Shown here: one piece after another, positions 17,184 through 26,188 of the stretch
How positions within the stretch are numbered: the stretch's first letter is position 1
How the letters are laid out: each line of letters begins with the position of its first letter
DNA from: Acidobacteriota bacterium
GTDB taxonomy: Bacteria; Acidobacteriota; UBA4820; DSQY01
NCBI GenBank assembly: GCA_049967655.1
Contig: JBMFSH010000028.1
Location: forward strand, 1 to 35,752
Reading direction: 5' to 3'
DNA length: 35,752 nt
Notes under the pieces: model-generated
What the model was told of the DNA's origin: nothing
The model's input: only the letters and a program-made list of their open reading frames with translations
Database searches by the model: none
Position numbers and translations under genes: made by a program

Positions 17184-19430
17184 ATGGCTATTCGTGATCA
17201 GGAAGCGCTTGATTACCATTCAATCGGCCGGCCGGGCAAGACGGAGGTGGTCCCCACCAAGCCGTGCCTGACGGCCCGCGATCTCTCCTTGGCCTATACA
17301 CCGGGAGTGGCTGTGCCCTGCCTGGCCATCGAGAAGAACCCCGAGGACGCTTACAAGTACACCAACAAGGGCAATCTCGTGGCGGTGCTCTCGAACGGCA
17401 CGGCGGTCCTGGGCCTGGGCGACATCGGGGCCGTGTCGGGCAAGCCCGTCATGGAGGGCAAGGGCGTGCTCTTCAAGCGGTTCGCCCACGTGGACGTGTT
17501 CGACATCGAGGTGAACACCCACGACCCCGACGAGATCATCAAGGTGGCCCAGCTCCTGGAGCCCACCTTCGGGGGCATCAACCTGGAGGACATCAAGGCT
17601 CCCGAGTGCTTCTACATCGAGGAGACCCTCAAGAAGACCATGAAGATCCCGGTCTTCCACGACGACCAGCACGGCACGGCCATCATCTCCGGCGCGGCGC
17701 TGCTCAACGCGCTGGAGCTGGCGGGCAAGACCTTCAAGGACATCCGCGTCGTGGTCTCGGGCGCCGGGGCCGCCGCCATCGCCTGCGCCAAATTCTACGA
17801 GCAGCTGGGCGTGCCGAACGAGAACTTCCTCCTGGTAGACACCAAGGGGGTGGTCTACAAGGGCCGCAAGGAGGGGATGAATCCCTACAAGGAGCACTTC
17901 GCCCAGGAGACCAAGCTCCGCACCCTCGCCGAGGCCATGAAGGGGGCCGACGTCTTCCTCGGCTGCTCGGTCAAGGGCCTGCTCACCCAGGACATGGTCC
18001 GCTCCATGGCCAAGAACCCCATCGTCTTCGCCATGGCCAACCCCGACCCGGAGATCACCTACCCCGACGCCAAGGCGGCCCGCGGCGACGTCATCATGGC
18101 CACCGGCCGGTCGGACTATCCCAACCAGGTGAACAACGTGCTCGGTTTCCCCTTCATCTTTCGAGGTGCTCTGGACGTCCGCGCCACGGCTATTAACGAG
18201 GAGATGAAGATGGCCGCGAGCCGCGCCCTGGCCGCTCTGGCCAAGGAGCCCGTGCCCGAAAGCGTCTGCGCGGCCTACGGCGGCGAGCGCTTTCAGTTCG
18301 GCCCCGACTACATCATCCCCAAGCCCTTCGACCCCCGCGTCCTCGTGTGGGAGGCCTCGGCCGTCGCCAGGGCCGCGTGCGAGACGGGCGTGGCCAAGCA
18401 GCCCATCACCGATTGGGACGCCTACCGGGCTCGCCTCGAAGGAATGACCAGCAAGAGCCAGCAGGTCATGCGAACCATCGTCACCAAGGCGCGCCAGGCT
18501 CCCAGGCGCGTGGTCTTCCCCGAGGGCGAGAACCCCAAGGTCGTGGAGGCGGCTCGCCAGCTCGTGGAAGAGGGTCTCGCCCGGCCCATCCTATTGGGCG
18601 ACCCCGGGGTGATCGGCGCCAAGGCCAAGCAGATCGGCCTCGACCTGACCAAGCTCACGGTCATCGACCCCGCTCATTCCCCGCACGTGGAGGAGTTCGC
18701 TAAGGAGCTCTACGCCCTTCGTTGCCGCAAGGGCTACACGCCGAAGCGGGTGGAGTACTACGCCCGCCGGCCCATCCACCAGGCCATGATGATGATGCGC
18801 ATGGGCATGGCCGACGGCATGGTGGCAGGCATCGAGCGTTCCTACATAGAGACGATCCAGTTCGTGCTGCCCCTGGCCGAGCTCAAGCCCGGCATCAGCC
18901 GCGCCGTGGGCATGCACCTCCTGCTCGTCGAGGGCAAGGTTTTCCTCTTCGCCGACACCACCCTCAACATCGAGCCGGACGCGGCCCAGCTCGTGGAGAT
19001 CGCGGTGCAGGCCGCCGAGGTGGCCCGCCACTTCAACATGGAGCCGCGCATCGCCATGCTCTCCTTCTCCAACTTCGGGGACAACGACCATCCCAAGGCC
19101 CGCAAGGTCCGCCAGGCGGTGGAGATGCTGCACAAGGACCACCCCGAGCTGGTGGTGGACGGCGAGATGCACGGCGACGTGGCCCTGCTTCCCGACTACG
19201 CCGCGGCCAACTACCCGACCTCCCTCATCAAGGGGGACGCCAACGTCCTCATCTTCCCCGACCTGCAGAGCGGCAACATCGCCTACAAGCTCGTCACCCA
19301 CATCAGCAAGGGCGAGGTCATCGGGCCGCTCATCATCGGCCTGAAGTCCCCCGTCAACATCGTCTCCTTCCACTCGGACGTCAGGGACATCGTCACCATG
19401 GCCGCCATCTCGGCCTCCCAGGCGGAGTGA
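17184..19430 (+). CDS. maeB: NADP-dependent malic enzyme fused to a phosphotransacetylase-like domain
   Basis: [43 protein letters not shown]-terminal PTA-like domain (VVFPEGE, DGEMHGD). Confidence 0.97.
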   Translation: MAIRDQEALDYHSIGRPGKTEVVPTKPCLTARDLSLAYTPGVAVPCLAIEKNPEDAYKYTNKGNLVAVLSNGTAVLGLGDIGAVSGKPVMEGKGVLFKRFAHVDVFDIEVNTHDPDEIIKVAQLLEPTFGGINLEDIKAPECFYIEETLKKTMKIPVFHDDQHGTAIISGAALLNALELAGKTFKDIRVVVSGAGAAAIACAKFYEQLGVPNENFLLVDTKGVVYKGRKEGMNPYKEHFAQETKLRTLAEAMKGADVFLGCSVKGLLTQDMVRSMAKNPIVFAMANPDPEITYPDAKAARGDVIMATGRSDYPNQVNNVLGFPFIFRGALDVRATAINEEMKMAASRALAALAKEPVPESVCAAYGGERFQFGPDYIIPKPFDPRVLVWEASAVARAACETGVAKQPITDWDAYRARLEGMTSKSQQVMRTIVTKARQAPRRVVFPEGENPKVVEAARQLVEEGLARPILLGDPGVIGAKAKQIGLDLTKLTVIDPAHSPHVEEFAKELYALRCRKGYTPKRVEYYARRPIHQAMMMMRMGMADGMVAGIERSYIETIQFVLPLAELKPGISRAVGMHLLLVEGKVFLFADTTLNIEPDAAQLVEIAVQAAEVARHFNMEPRIAMLSFSNFGDNDHPKARKVRQAVEMLHKDHPELVVDGEMHGDVALLPDYAAANYPTSLIKGDANVLIFPDLQSGNIAYKLVTHISKGEVIGPLIIGLKSPVNIVSFHSDVRDIVTMAAISASQAE

Positions 19431-19433
19431 GGG

Positions 19434-19475
19434 GATAGAGACAGAGAAACAGAAAGACAGAGAAACAGGGAGAAG
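19434..19475 (+). repeat. 8-bp tandem repeats (CAGAGAAA-like) after maeB
   Basis: Same purine-rich 8-mer style as 7703-7750. Confidence 0.7.
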
Positions 19476-19504
19476 AGAGGGGCCGCTTTCGGGCGGCCCT
19501 TCTC
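19476..19504 (+). terminator. Probable intrinsic terminator of maeB
   Basis: gaggggccgc-tttcgg-gcggcccttc hairpin with a pyrimidine-rich tail. Confidence 0.6.
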
Positions 19505-19506
19505 GC

Positions 19507-19973
19507 TGTATGGGCGGCCCTCCGAGCGGGGAAGCCTCCCCGTTTCCCCGTGCCCTTTCGACTGGCGCCGCCGGCGCGGCTGAGGCGCAGCCGTGGTGGG
19601 AGCCGGCAGGGCGGCCTGTTTTGGACGGACGCGTGGGCAGGTATAATCGTGGGAGAATCATGGTGCCGCCGGGCGAGGTGATGGAGGAATCCCTTCGGGC
19701 TTCGCCCGGTCGTAGACACCGCCCTCTGCATGGCATGCAGCGTGTTCGCGCTGGACCGCTCGGCGGGCGCCATGAGGCTCGACAAGCGCGGGCAACGCGT
19801 GATCCATCCCGAGACGACCTTCGAGCGGGTCGTGTTGCAGAGCCTCGTCCTTCACCTCAATCAGCGAATACCTCTTGTGGTAATCTAAACCCGCGTACAG
19901 CACGGGGGTCTCCTCCTCTTGGTTATCGGCCGCCGACACCGATATCCTACCGGAGTTGACCCCCGCCTTTACA
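19507..19973 (-). mobile_element. Internally deleted IS110-family element
   Basis: RBS AGAGGAGGAG then VLYAGLDYHKRYSLIEVKDE (19844-19903), the IS110 DEDD N-terminus; imperfect inverted repeats tgtatgggcgg (19507-19517) and ccgcctttaca (19963-19973). Confidence 0.7.
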
Positions 19974-20635
19974 TGCTACCTGACTACATCTTCCCTTGAA
20001 TCTCCGAGGCTGACAACCTATATTCGAGGGGGGTATGCAATACATGGGTGGCCTTCGATGGCTGGTTATGGCCACGCATAGGTCGTTTCCCACCAGCGGT
20101 GAGAGGAGATTATCCTTTCACCTGGGTGCCAGGAAGGTACGCTCGCTTTCTGGCAAGGCCTTATTCCAGGTTTGTTTCGCGCTCGCCTTCCTCTTCTGTA
20201 CGGGTACGGCCTGGAATTCTATACGCGTGCGCCCAACTGCTCCTTGTACCCTTGCGCCGGACCTCCCTTCGATGCCCTCCGTCGCACGCACCTTTTCAGC
20301 TCACATTTCTGCTTCCGCCCCACACTTTCTTCTGGGCACACCCCCTCACTCCCCCTGTTCCAGGCCGCATAGGCTTGGGGCAAAAGCTCGCCCCATCGCT
20401 GATGCCGCCAAGACCGCCGTGAACCAATCGGCGGATCGCATAGCCGCTGCCCCCGACTTAATGTTCCCTCCCCTCAGAACAAACCCCCTCCTGGCTTGGA
20501 ATCCGGGCACCAGCCAGCGTCTTTTGGATTCGCCCTAGTCAACGTCATCCCAGGGCAGCGGGCGGACTTGTCCCTTGCAAGCCTTATCCGTAACCACCTG
20601 CTAAAAGGGGTGCTTTTTCTCCTATCGCTGGTTAT

Positions 20636-20857
20636 CACTGCTGTCCGGTAATAAGTCGACTGGTAGCAATTGGTTACGGAGACCGTCATCGATGAACAAG
20701 CAGTGCTGATTCGTCAGTAGCTCATTTGTCCACAGGGGACCGGGGAATGGGCAAACAACGCAAGCGAGTTGAAATCGCAAGCGGTCATGATGCGGACTAT
20801 CTCTTGAACAAAGAAGCACTGACACGCAATTGCTCAACAAACAACCGGACAGTAGTG
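20636..20857 (-). mobile_element. Miniature IS4-like element (MITE or internal deletion derivative)
   Basis: TIRs CACTGCTGTCCGGT / ACCGGACAGTAGTG; minus-strand NELLTN...RNQLLPVDL runs into the TIR, as I recall for ISPepr1-group transposase C-termini; no convincing TSD. Confidence 0.65.
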
Positions 20858-20949
20858 ATCTTTCACTTCACCGTGAAGAAAGGGTAGAAAAATTGGACGA
20901 GCCGGTGGATGTGTGATGAGTGCGCGAGCGATCAGAGGGAGGATACCTC

Positions 20950-21897
20950 ATGTTCTGTGATAACTGCGGAAGCCCCATCGAAGACAACAGCCAGTTCTGC
21001 CCAGAGTGCGGTGCTACCTGCGCGCCGGCCCCGGCCCAGGCCCCTGCAGGCGGGCAACCACCTCTGGGGCCGCCCCAGGCACCATCCATGCAGATGCCTG
21101 TCGGCTCCGGCATCCGGTTCGGCGCGGGGGTCCCCGGCGTAGGGCAATCCGCGCCTCGGCCGGCTCCGCAGGCGACCCAGGCCGCTGCGCAGCTTGGGTC
21201 CCAGGTGAAGTTGTCTTCAGCGGATGCCCTGGGTGCACTCGGCCGCTTGCTCCTGGATCCGGTTGACGGTCTCTTCGCCTCGTTCGAGGGGCTCGGGCCG
21301 GACCGGGGTTTCGCCGCCGGATTCATGTTGTGCATCGGATTTGGGCTATTCATTGCTATCGCCGTCGCTGTCACGGTGCATGGGGTTCAAGATTTCGCCA
21401 GCAACCTTCAAGGTATGAACTTGTCTGATTTGGGAAGCATGATGGACAGTTCGGGCATCAAAGGTCCTCTTGCCATGCCCATGACCCTATTGACTCCCCT
21501 CATCAGCGGTCCCAAGGGTGTCACCTTCTTAGGATTCATGAAGGTCTGGTTCTTCTCTTTAATAGCCCCCTTCACGATGTTTCTGGCATCACTCCTTCTT
21601 GGGAAAGTCCTTTCTGCCGCCGGTTCCATAGGGACTTACTTCTACACCGTGGGGGCCAGTCTTTCTCCCTTAGGGTTGGCCCTCGTGGTTTGCAGTTTTC
21701 TCGGCATCGGCAACGCGGAAATTATGATCCTTCTGCTCCTCGTCGCCCAGTGCTATTTGATCCTGATCTTGTATAGCGGACTTACGCGCTTGTGCGGGCT
21801 GAGCGCGAAAGCAGGCGCTCCCGCCGTGCCATTCGTTCTTGTTCTCTCCGTTTGGCTGTCCAAGGTCGTTATCGTGGCCATCGTGTCGCACATGTGA
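20950..21897 (+). CDS. Zinc-ribbon plus multi-TM (Yip1-like) membrane protein
   Basis: MFCDNCG...FCPECG, Pro/Ala linker, about 5 hydrophobic helices; GGAGG RBS. Confidence 0.85.
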   Translation: MFCDNCGSPIEDNSQFCPECGATCAPAPAQAPAGGQPPLGPPQAPSMQMPVGSGIRFGAGVPGVGQSAPRPAPQATQAAAQLGSQVKLSSADALGALGRLLLDPVDGLFASFEGLGPDRGFAAGFMLCIGFGLFIAIAVAVTVHGVQDFASNLQGMNLSDLGSMMDSSGIKGPLAMPMTLLTPLISGPKGVTFLGFMKVWFFSLIAPFTMFLASLLLGKVLSAAGSIGTYFYTVGASLSPLGLALVVCSFLGIGNAEIMILLLLVAQCYLILILYSGLTRLCGLSAKAGAPAVPFVLVLSVWLSKVVIVAIVSHM

Positions 21898-21940
21898 TCG
21901 TTGCTGGCCGGGTACTGACTCTTTAGGATCGGGGGTTATC

Positions 21941-23728
21941 ATGCAATGTCCACGATGTGGATCTCCTGTAAAAGAGGGTGCAAAGTTTTGTCCAGTGTGC
22001 GGCCAGACCATGTTGGCCAGCCCGGCGCCGGTGTCGGGGACCTCGACCAGCCAGAGCACTACGCAATGCCCAGTTTGCGGAGCACCCCTAAAACCGGGGG
22101 CCAAATTTTGCGGTGTCTGCGGGGCGACCGTTACGGTGGGAGTGAGCCAGGCGGCTCAGACCACACCCCGGTGTCCCCAGTGCGGTCAGCCCATTGACCC
22201 CCGTAAGGCGTTCTGCCGGGCATGCGGGGCCCCCATCGCAGCGTCTCCAAGTCAGGTCCCCTCGCCCGTCTCTGCTCAACCTACTCCAGTAGAGCCTCCT
22301 GTGGGGATTCGACCCCAGGCCTCCACTTCAGCGCCAGCTCCTGCGCAGCAGAAGCCTGTGAGCGCTACCCCCCTATCGCCAGCCGTGCAGAAGCAGCCCA
22401 CCCCTCTGGACATGTCTCCCGCTCCACCACCTATTCAGCCACCGCCACCTTCCCCAGTGCCACAGCCGAGGCCGCCAGCCGCGCCTGTGGCCCCGGCTCC
22501 AACGCAGGGACGAACCCCCCCTCCTGCACCGCCTGCTCCACCGGCACACTATCCCAGTCCCCAAGAACGCCCACCGGCACAGAACGTCCCTCCTCCGCGA
22601 ATGGTTCAGCCGGTCGCCAGTGCTAAGAGCGGCAATAGCAAAATGGGGATCATCATTGCCGCGGTCGTGGTCGTGGTTCTGCTTGCGGTCGTGGCCGCAG
22701 CGGGCGGGGCGTATTTCCTGTTCTTCCGTCACCAGGGAGCGTCCAATACCACCTCCGCTAATCCAACCTCCCAGGCCACCGCGACGTCGGCAACCAGCTC
22801 CACGCCTTCGTCGGCAGAGGCCCCAGCCGCAACGAGCAGTGCGCCCAGCGAGACCGCCGCAGCTTCTTCCACAGCCAGTGTTCCCAACCCCGCGCCCGCG
22901 CCCGGTCCCCCTCCAACCACCACTGAACAAAGCCCGGCCAACGAACTATCCAATCAAAGCACCACCGAGGAACCGGCTCCCGCAGCAAACCCGTCGCCAG
23001 CACCCATCCATCAGCGACAGCCGCCGCGACGCGCTCAGACGTCCGATGAAGGTTATAGCAGGCCCCGGCATGAAACACAGGTCCAGCCGGCGACTGCATC
23101 TCCTACCAACGAAATCGCCGACATCACCGCCCTCGACCAGAAGCCCGTTCAGTTGGACCAGCTCCAATTCAATTACACACCCGATGCCATCGCGCAGCAC
23201 CTGACGGGCACCATTGTCCTCGACCTCATCATCGACCCCACCGGCCGCGTCTCGAAGGTCAGCTTTGTTCAGGGACCAACCCCTGACTATGGCATGGATA
23301 CCATTTGCGAAGGCTCCGCAATGGCCTTGCGTTTCTCCCCACCGATGCTTCATGGGGCGCCCGTCAGCACTAGGATGCTCCTGCCGGTGGTTCTCAATCC
23401 CCCGCCGCCGCCCAAGACCAAGCCCAAGACCGCCGGTATCGGCGTCGTCCTTCAGGCCAAGACGGACGTGCAGCGATTCGAAGTCCAGGTGGATGGCCAG
23501 CCTATCTGGGACACCACACTCATCAGGACTGGCGGAGGTGTTGATAAGACCTCTAAGGAGCTTCGCGTTCCTGTGGGGAATCACCAGCTGCTTTTCTTGG
23601 CTTGGACCAAGGGTGCTTCCGAGCCTACAAGGGCCGAATGGAGCTACACCTACTCGGCCGGTGAACATCATGTCTTTCTGGCCTACGTGAACTTTTTCGG
23701 GAACCTGAAATTGAGCTCGATCCAGTAA
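21941..23728 (+). CDS. Triple zinc-ribbon, Pro-rich, single-TM protein with TonB C-terminal domain
   Basis: Three CxxC-x10-CxxC units; TM IIIAAVVVVVLL; YTPDAIAQHLTGTIVLDLIIDPTGRV...RFSPPMLHGAPV; extra C-terminal beta domain. Confidence 0.85.
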   Translation: MQCPRCGSPVKEGAKFCPVCGQTMLASPAPVSGTSTSQSTTQCPVCGAPLKPGAKFCGVCGATVTVGVSQAAQTTPRCPQCGQPIDPRKAFCRACGAPIAASPSQVPSPVSAQPTPVEPPVGIRPQASTSAPAPAQQKPVSATPLSPAVQKQPTPLDMSPAPPPIQPPPPSPVPQPRPPAAPVAPAPTQGRTPPPAPPAPPAHYPSPQERPPAQNVPPPRMVQPVASAKSGNSKMGIIIAAVVVVVLLAVVAAAGGAYFLFFRHQGASNTTSANPTSQATATSATSSTPSSAEAPAATSSAPSETAAASSTASVPNPAPAPGPPPTTTEQSPANELSNQSTTEEPAPAANPSPAPIHQRQPPRRAQTSDEGYSRPRHETQVQPATASPTNEIADITALDQKPVQLDQLQFNYTPDAIAQHLTGTIVLDLIIDPTGRVSKVSFVQGPTPDYGMDTICEGSAMALRFSPPMLHGAPVSTRMLLPVVLNPPPPPKTKPKTAGIGVVLQAKTDVQRFEVQVDGQPIWDTTLIRTGGGVDKTSKELRVPVGNHQLLFLAWTKGASEPTRAEWSYTYSAGEHHVFLAYVNFFGNLKLSSIQ

Positions 23729-23801
23729 CACCCGACGGAGGTCTATGGCGAGCCAAGAAGAGCCCTTGAATTAACACTCCTGCCAGAGGGGGGAGGGTGC
23801 C

Positions 23802-26084
23802 ATGTACTGTCCCGACTGCGGAACCCCGTGCCGTGAAGGGGCCAAGTTCTGTCCGAACTGCGGAAGCGTTTTGGAAGAGGCGTCCACGCCAGCGGGTGCT
23901 TTTTACCCCACGCCTTCCGAAACGATTCAGGCGATGGCCCCTTCAACCAAAGGCGGTAAAAATCGGGCTGTATTAGTGATCTTGGGGCTGGCCGTCGCAG
24001 CATTCCTCGCTTGGAAACTCTCCGCCTATTTCGCCAGCCATCCCGACGTTAGAGGTAGCTGGTCGGGCTCCATGAAAGTGTCCGCCATGGGAATGACTAC
24101 AGCCATGCCGATCAACCTGAACATTCAGGAGGAGTCGAAGGAAGGGGACCTCAAGGGCACCCTAAACTTTGAAGGTCAAGAAATTCCCGCCTGGGGACAG
24201 GCCTCGGGCAAAGAGGTCAGCATTCAGGCCAATCTTCAAAACGCGGCCATCGGCGCTTTCGGAGGAAACTCCTCTTTCCCACTCACGCTCAAGGGTGAGC
24301 TGCAAGGCGATCGCATCCAAGGGAACGGACACCTGGAGTTCCCCGTCAAGGGTGCCTTTGATCTCGGCTCCTTTGAGCTGCTTCGACCGGAAGGAGCGAA
24401 GCAGGCGCGAGAGACACCTCAGAAACCTCCTACAGCCCCGGGTTCCTCTAATGCCGGAGAGAGCTCAGCCCATAGTAATCCTCGTCCTATTCCGGACCAT
24501 CTGCGCTCGATTAAGGTTAATTCCTCAAATGAAGACGTGGTCATCCACGGAGAGCAGAAACTCTCCCAGGACCTGATATGCAGAAACTTGATCGTCGCTG
24601 CCGGGGCAACCTTGGTCACCCTAGGGCACAGCATCATCTGCTCGGGTGATTTCCTTAATTCTGGGAGGATCGTTACCGGATGGGTCACCGATGGAGGAAG
24701 CGGTGAAAGTGCGCAGGGAGGGTCTCAGCCCAACTCTTACGGTGGTTCTGGCGGAGGCGGTGAGGGCGGAGGCGGGCTCTGGGGCGCCAGCGGCGGGAGA
24801 ACCCGTGCACCAGGGGGGATGGGCGGTCCGAACGATGGGAACGGTGAGGATGGGAGGCAGCCCACCAAGCCATTCTTGGACGCTGGATTGCTGCGACAGT
24901 GGTCAAAGAACGATTTCTCCTCCTTTCTCAGCGGTGCCGGTGGCGGGGTGAATGGAGGAGGTGTGTGGGAGCGAGGAGGAAACGGCGCTTATGGGCTTTA
25001 CATTCAGGCGGAGAAGTTGGTGGCGGGAGACATCGAGGCGAGAGGCGAGGATGGCCAGGGTCAGGGTCCTGGGTTGCCCGGCAACGGTGCTGGTAGCGGC
25101 GGTGGCGGGGGGGGAGCGATCGTCCTAGCTTATGGCTTCGGAGGTTACGTGCCAGGCCGTTACGACGTTTCGGGCGGTAAGGGCGGGAGAGGTTGGGGTT
25201 CCGGTGGAGGTGCCAGAGGGGGCCGTGGCGGCAATGGCCAAATACTGACCTTTGCTTATGGTTTCAATGCGCCCGTTTCTTTGGTTTCAGAGACACTTAG
25301 TCCAGAGGCTCCATACTCTCCCGCTGACCTCACACCGAAGATCAGCCGAGTTACCTTTAAAGGTTGGGGGCGCACTCTAGGAGTTGAGGTTGTGGGAAAG
25401 GGCTTCGGAAAAGAGCCTCGTTCGATGCCCTTTACGGGCAATTTGCCCTGTTTTGCCTTTAACGACGAGGGGCGTTTCGAAGCTGGCAGTTCGAAAGCTG
25501 GGGATGCTGTCGGACTGCATTACGTTTCTTGGAACGACACAAAGATCGTTATCCAAGGCTTCTCAGGGGCATACGGTGGAGGGCTTTGGTCGCTGGCCCC
25601 CAATGATCCAATTGTTATCACTGTTATGAACCCCACCAGCAAGAAAGAAGCCCAATGGACGGGGAAGTTGCCCTGCGACATAGCCTCACAGTTAGCTTCG
25701 GATATGGCCGAACAAGCCGAAGCGTCTGAAGCCAACACACCAGCGATAGATAACGTCGTTTTCCAGGGAGGAGGACGGGATCTTGTGATTCTGGTCCGAG
25801 GTAGAGGCTTCGGCGCGCCACCGCGCCTCCTCCCCTATGACGGGGATCTCCCATGCTTTGCCTTTGGTGACGAACGGCGCGGCTGGCAGGCCGGGTACAG
25901 CCCCGGCGGTAACGCCGTGGGATTGAAGTACCGATTATGGATGCCCTCTGCCATTATCATAAAAGGCTTTAGCGGTGCTTACGGAAGCAACTCCTGGGTA
26001 GCCCATTCTGGCGATCGAGTGTCCATCACCGTTTGGAATCCTTCCAGCCACCAGAAGGCCGAATGGCGAGGGACTCTCCCATAG
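23802..26084 (+). CDS. Zinc-ribbon, single-TM protein with Gly-rich region and two tandem Ig/IPT-like domains
   Basis: MYCPDCG...FCPNCG; TM helix; Gly-rich block; internal duplication 25332-25673 vs 25737-26081. Confidence 0.85.
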   Translation: MYCPDCGTPCREGAKFCPNCGSVLEEASTPAGAFYPTPSETIQAMAPSTKGGKNRAVLVILGLAVAAFLAWKLSAYFASHPDVRGSWSGSMKVSAMGMTTAMPINLNIQEESKEGDLKGTLNFEGQEIPAWGQASGKEVSIQANLQNAAIGAFGGNSSFPLTLKGELQGDRIQGNGHLEFPVKGAFDLGSFELLRPEGAKQARETPQKPPTAPGSSNAGESSAHSNPRPIPDHLRSIKVNSSNEDVVIHGEQKLSQDLICRNLIVAAGATLVTLGHSIICSGDFLNSGRIVTGWVTDGGSGESAQGGSQPNSYGGSGGGGEGGGGLWGASGGRTRAPGGMGGPNDGNGEDGRQPTKPFLDAGLLRQWSKNDFSSFLSGAGGGVNGGGVWERGGNGAYGLYIQAEKLVAGDIEARGEDGQGQGPGLPGNGAGSGGGGGGAIVLAYGFGGYVPGRYDVSGGKGGRGWGSGGGARGGRGGNGQILTFAYGFNAPVSLVSETLSPEAPYSPADLTPKISRVTFKGWGRTLGVEVVGKGFGKEPRSMPFTGNLPCFAFNDEGRFEAGSSKAGDAVGLHYVSWNDTKIVIQGFSGAYGGGLWSLAPNDPIVITVMNPTSKKEAQWTGKLPCDIASQLASDMAEQAEASEANTPAIDNVVFQGGGRDLVILVRGRGFGAPPRLLPYDGDLPCFAFGDERRGWQAGYSPGGNAVGLKYRLWMPSAIIIKGFSGAYGSNSWVAHSGDRVSITVWNPSSHQKAEWRGTLP

Positions 26085-26188
26085 TGTAAACGGGAGGTCA
26101 TCATGGTTCCCCCCAGGGAAATAGCCGCGTATTTCCGCGAACACTACAGCGTGCAGAGGGCCCGTAAGGCAGGTCAAGGAGGCCAGAC

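Noticed and set aside
19658..19939. 93-aa ORF as a functional transposase
   Set aside because: Only about 20 residues resemble IS110; the rest is read-through of non-coding DNA
20035..20538. 167-aa ORF in the island leader
   Set aside because: No recognisable domain and weak codon bias; cannot be supported
20749..20800. GGCAAAC...CGCAAG resembling a c-di-GMP-I riboswitch
   Set aside because: Lacks the GNRA-capped stem, GACGCAAAG and downstream conserved elements, and lies inside the IS4-like element
20634..20859. Retron msr-msd or 6S RNA interpretation of the long inverted repeat
   Set aside because: No reverse transcriptase nearby, and the ends are better explained as IS TIRs
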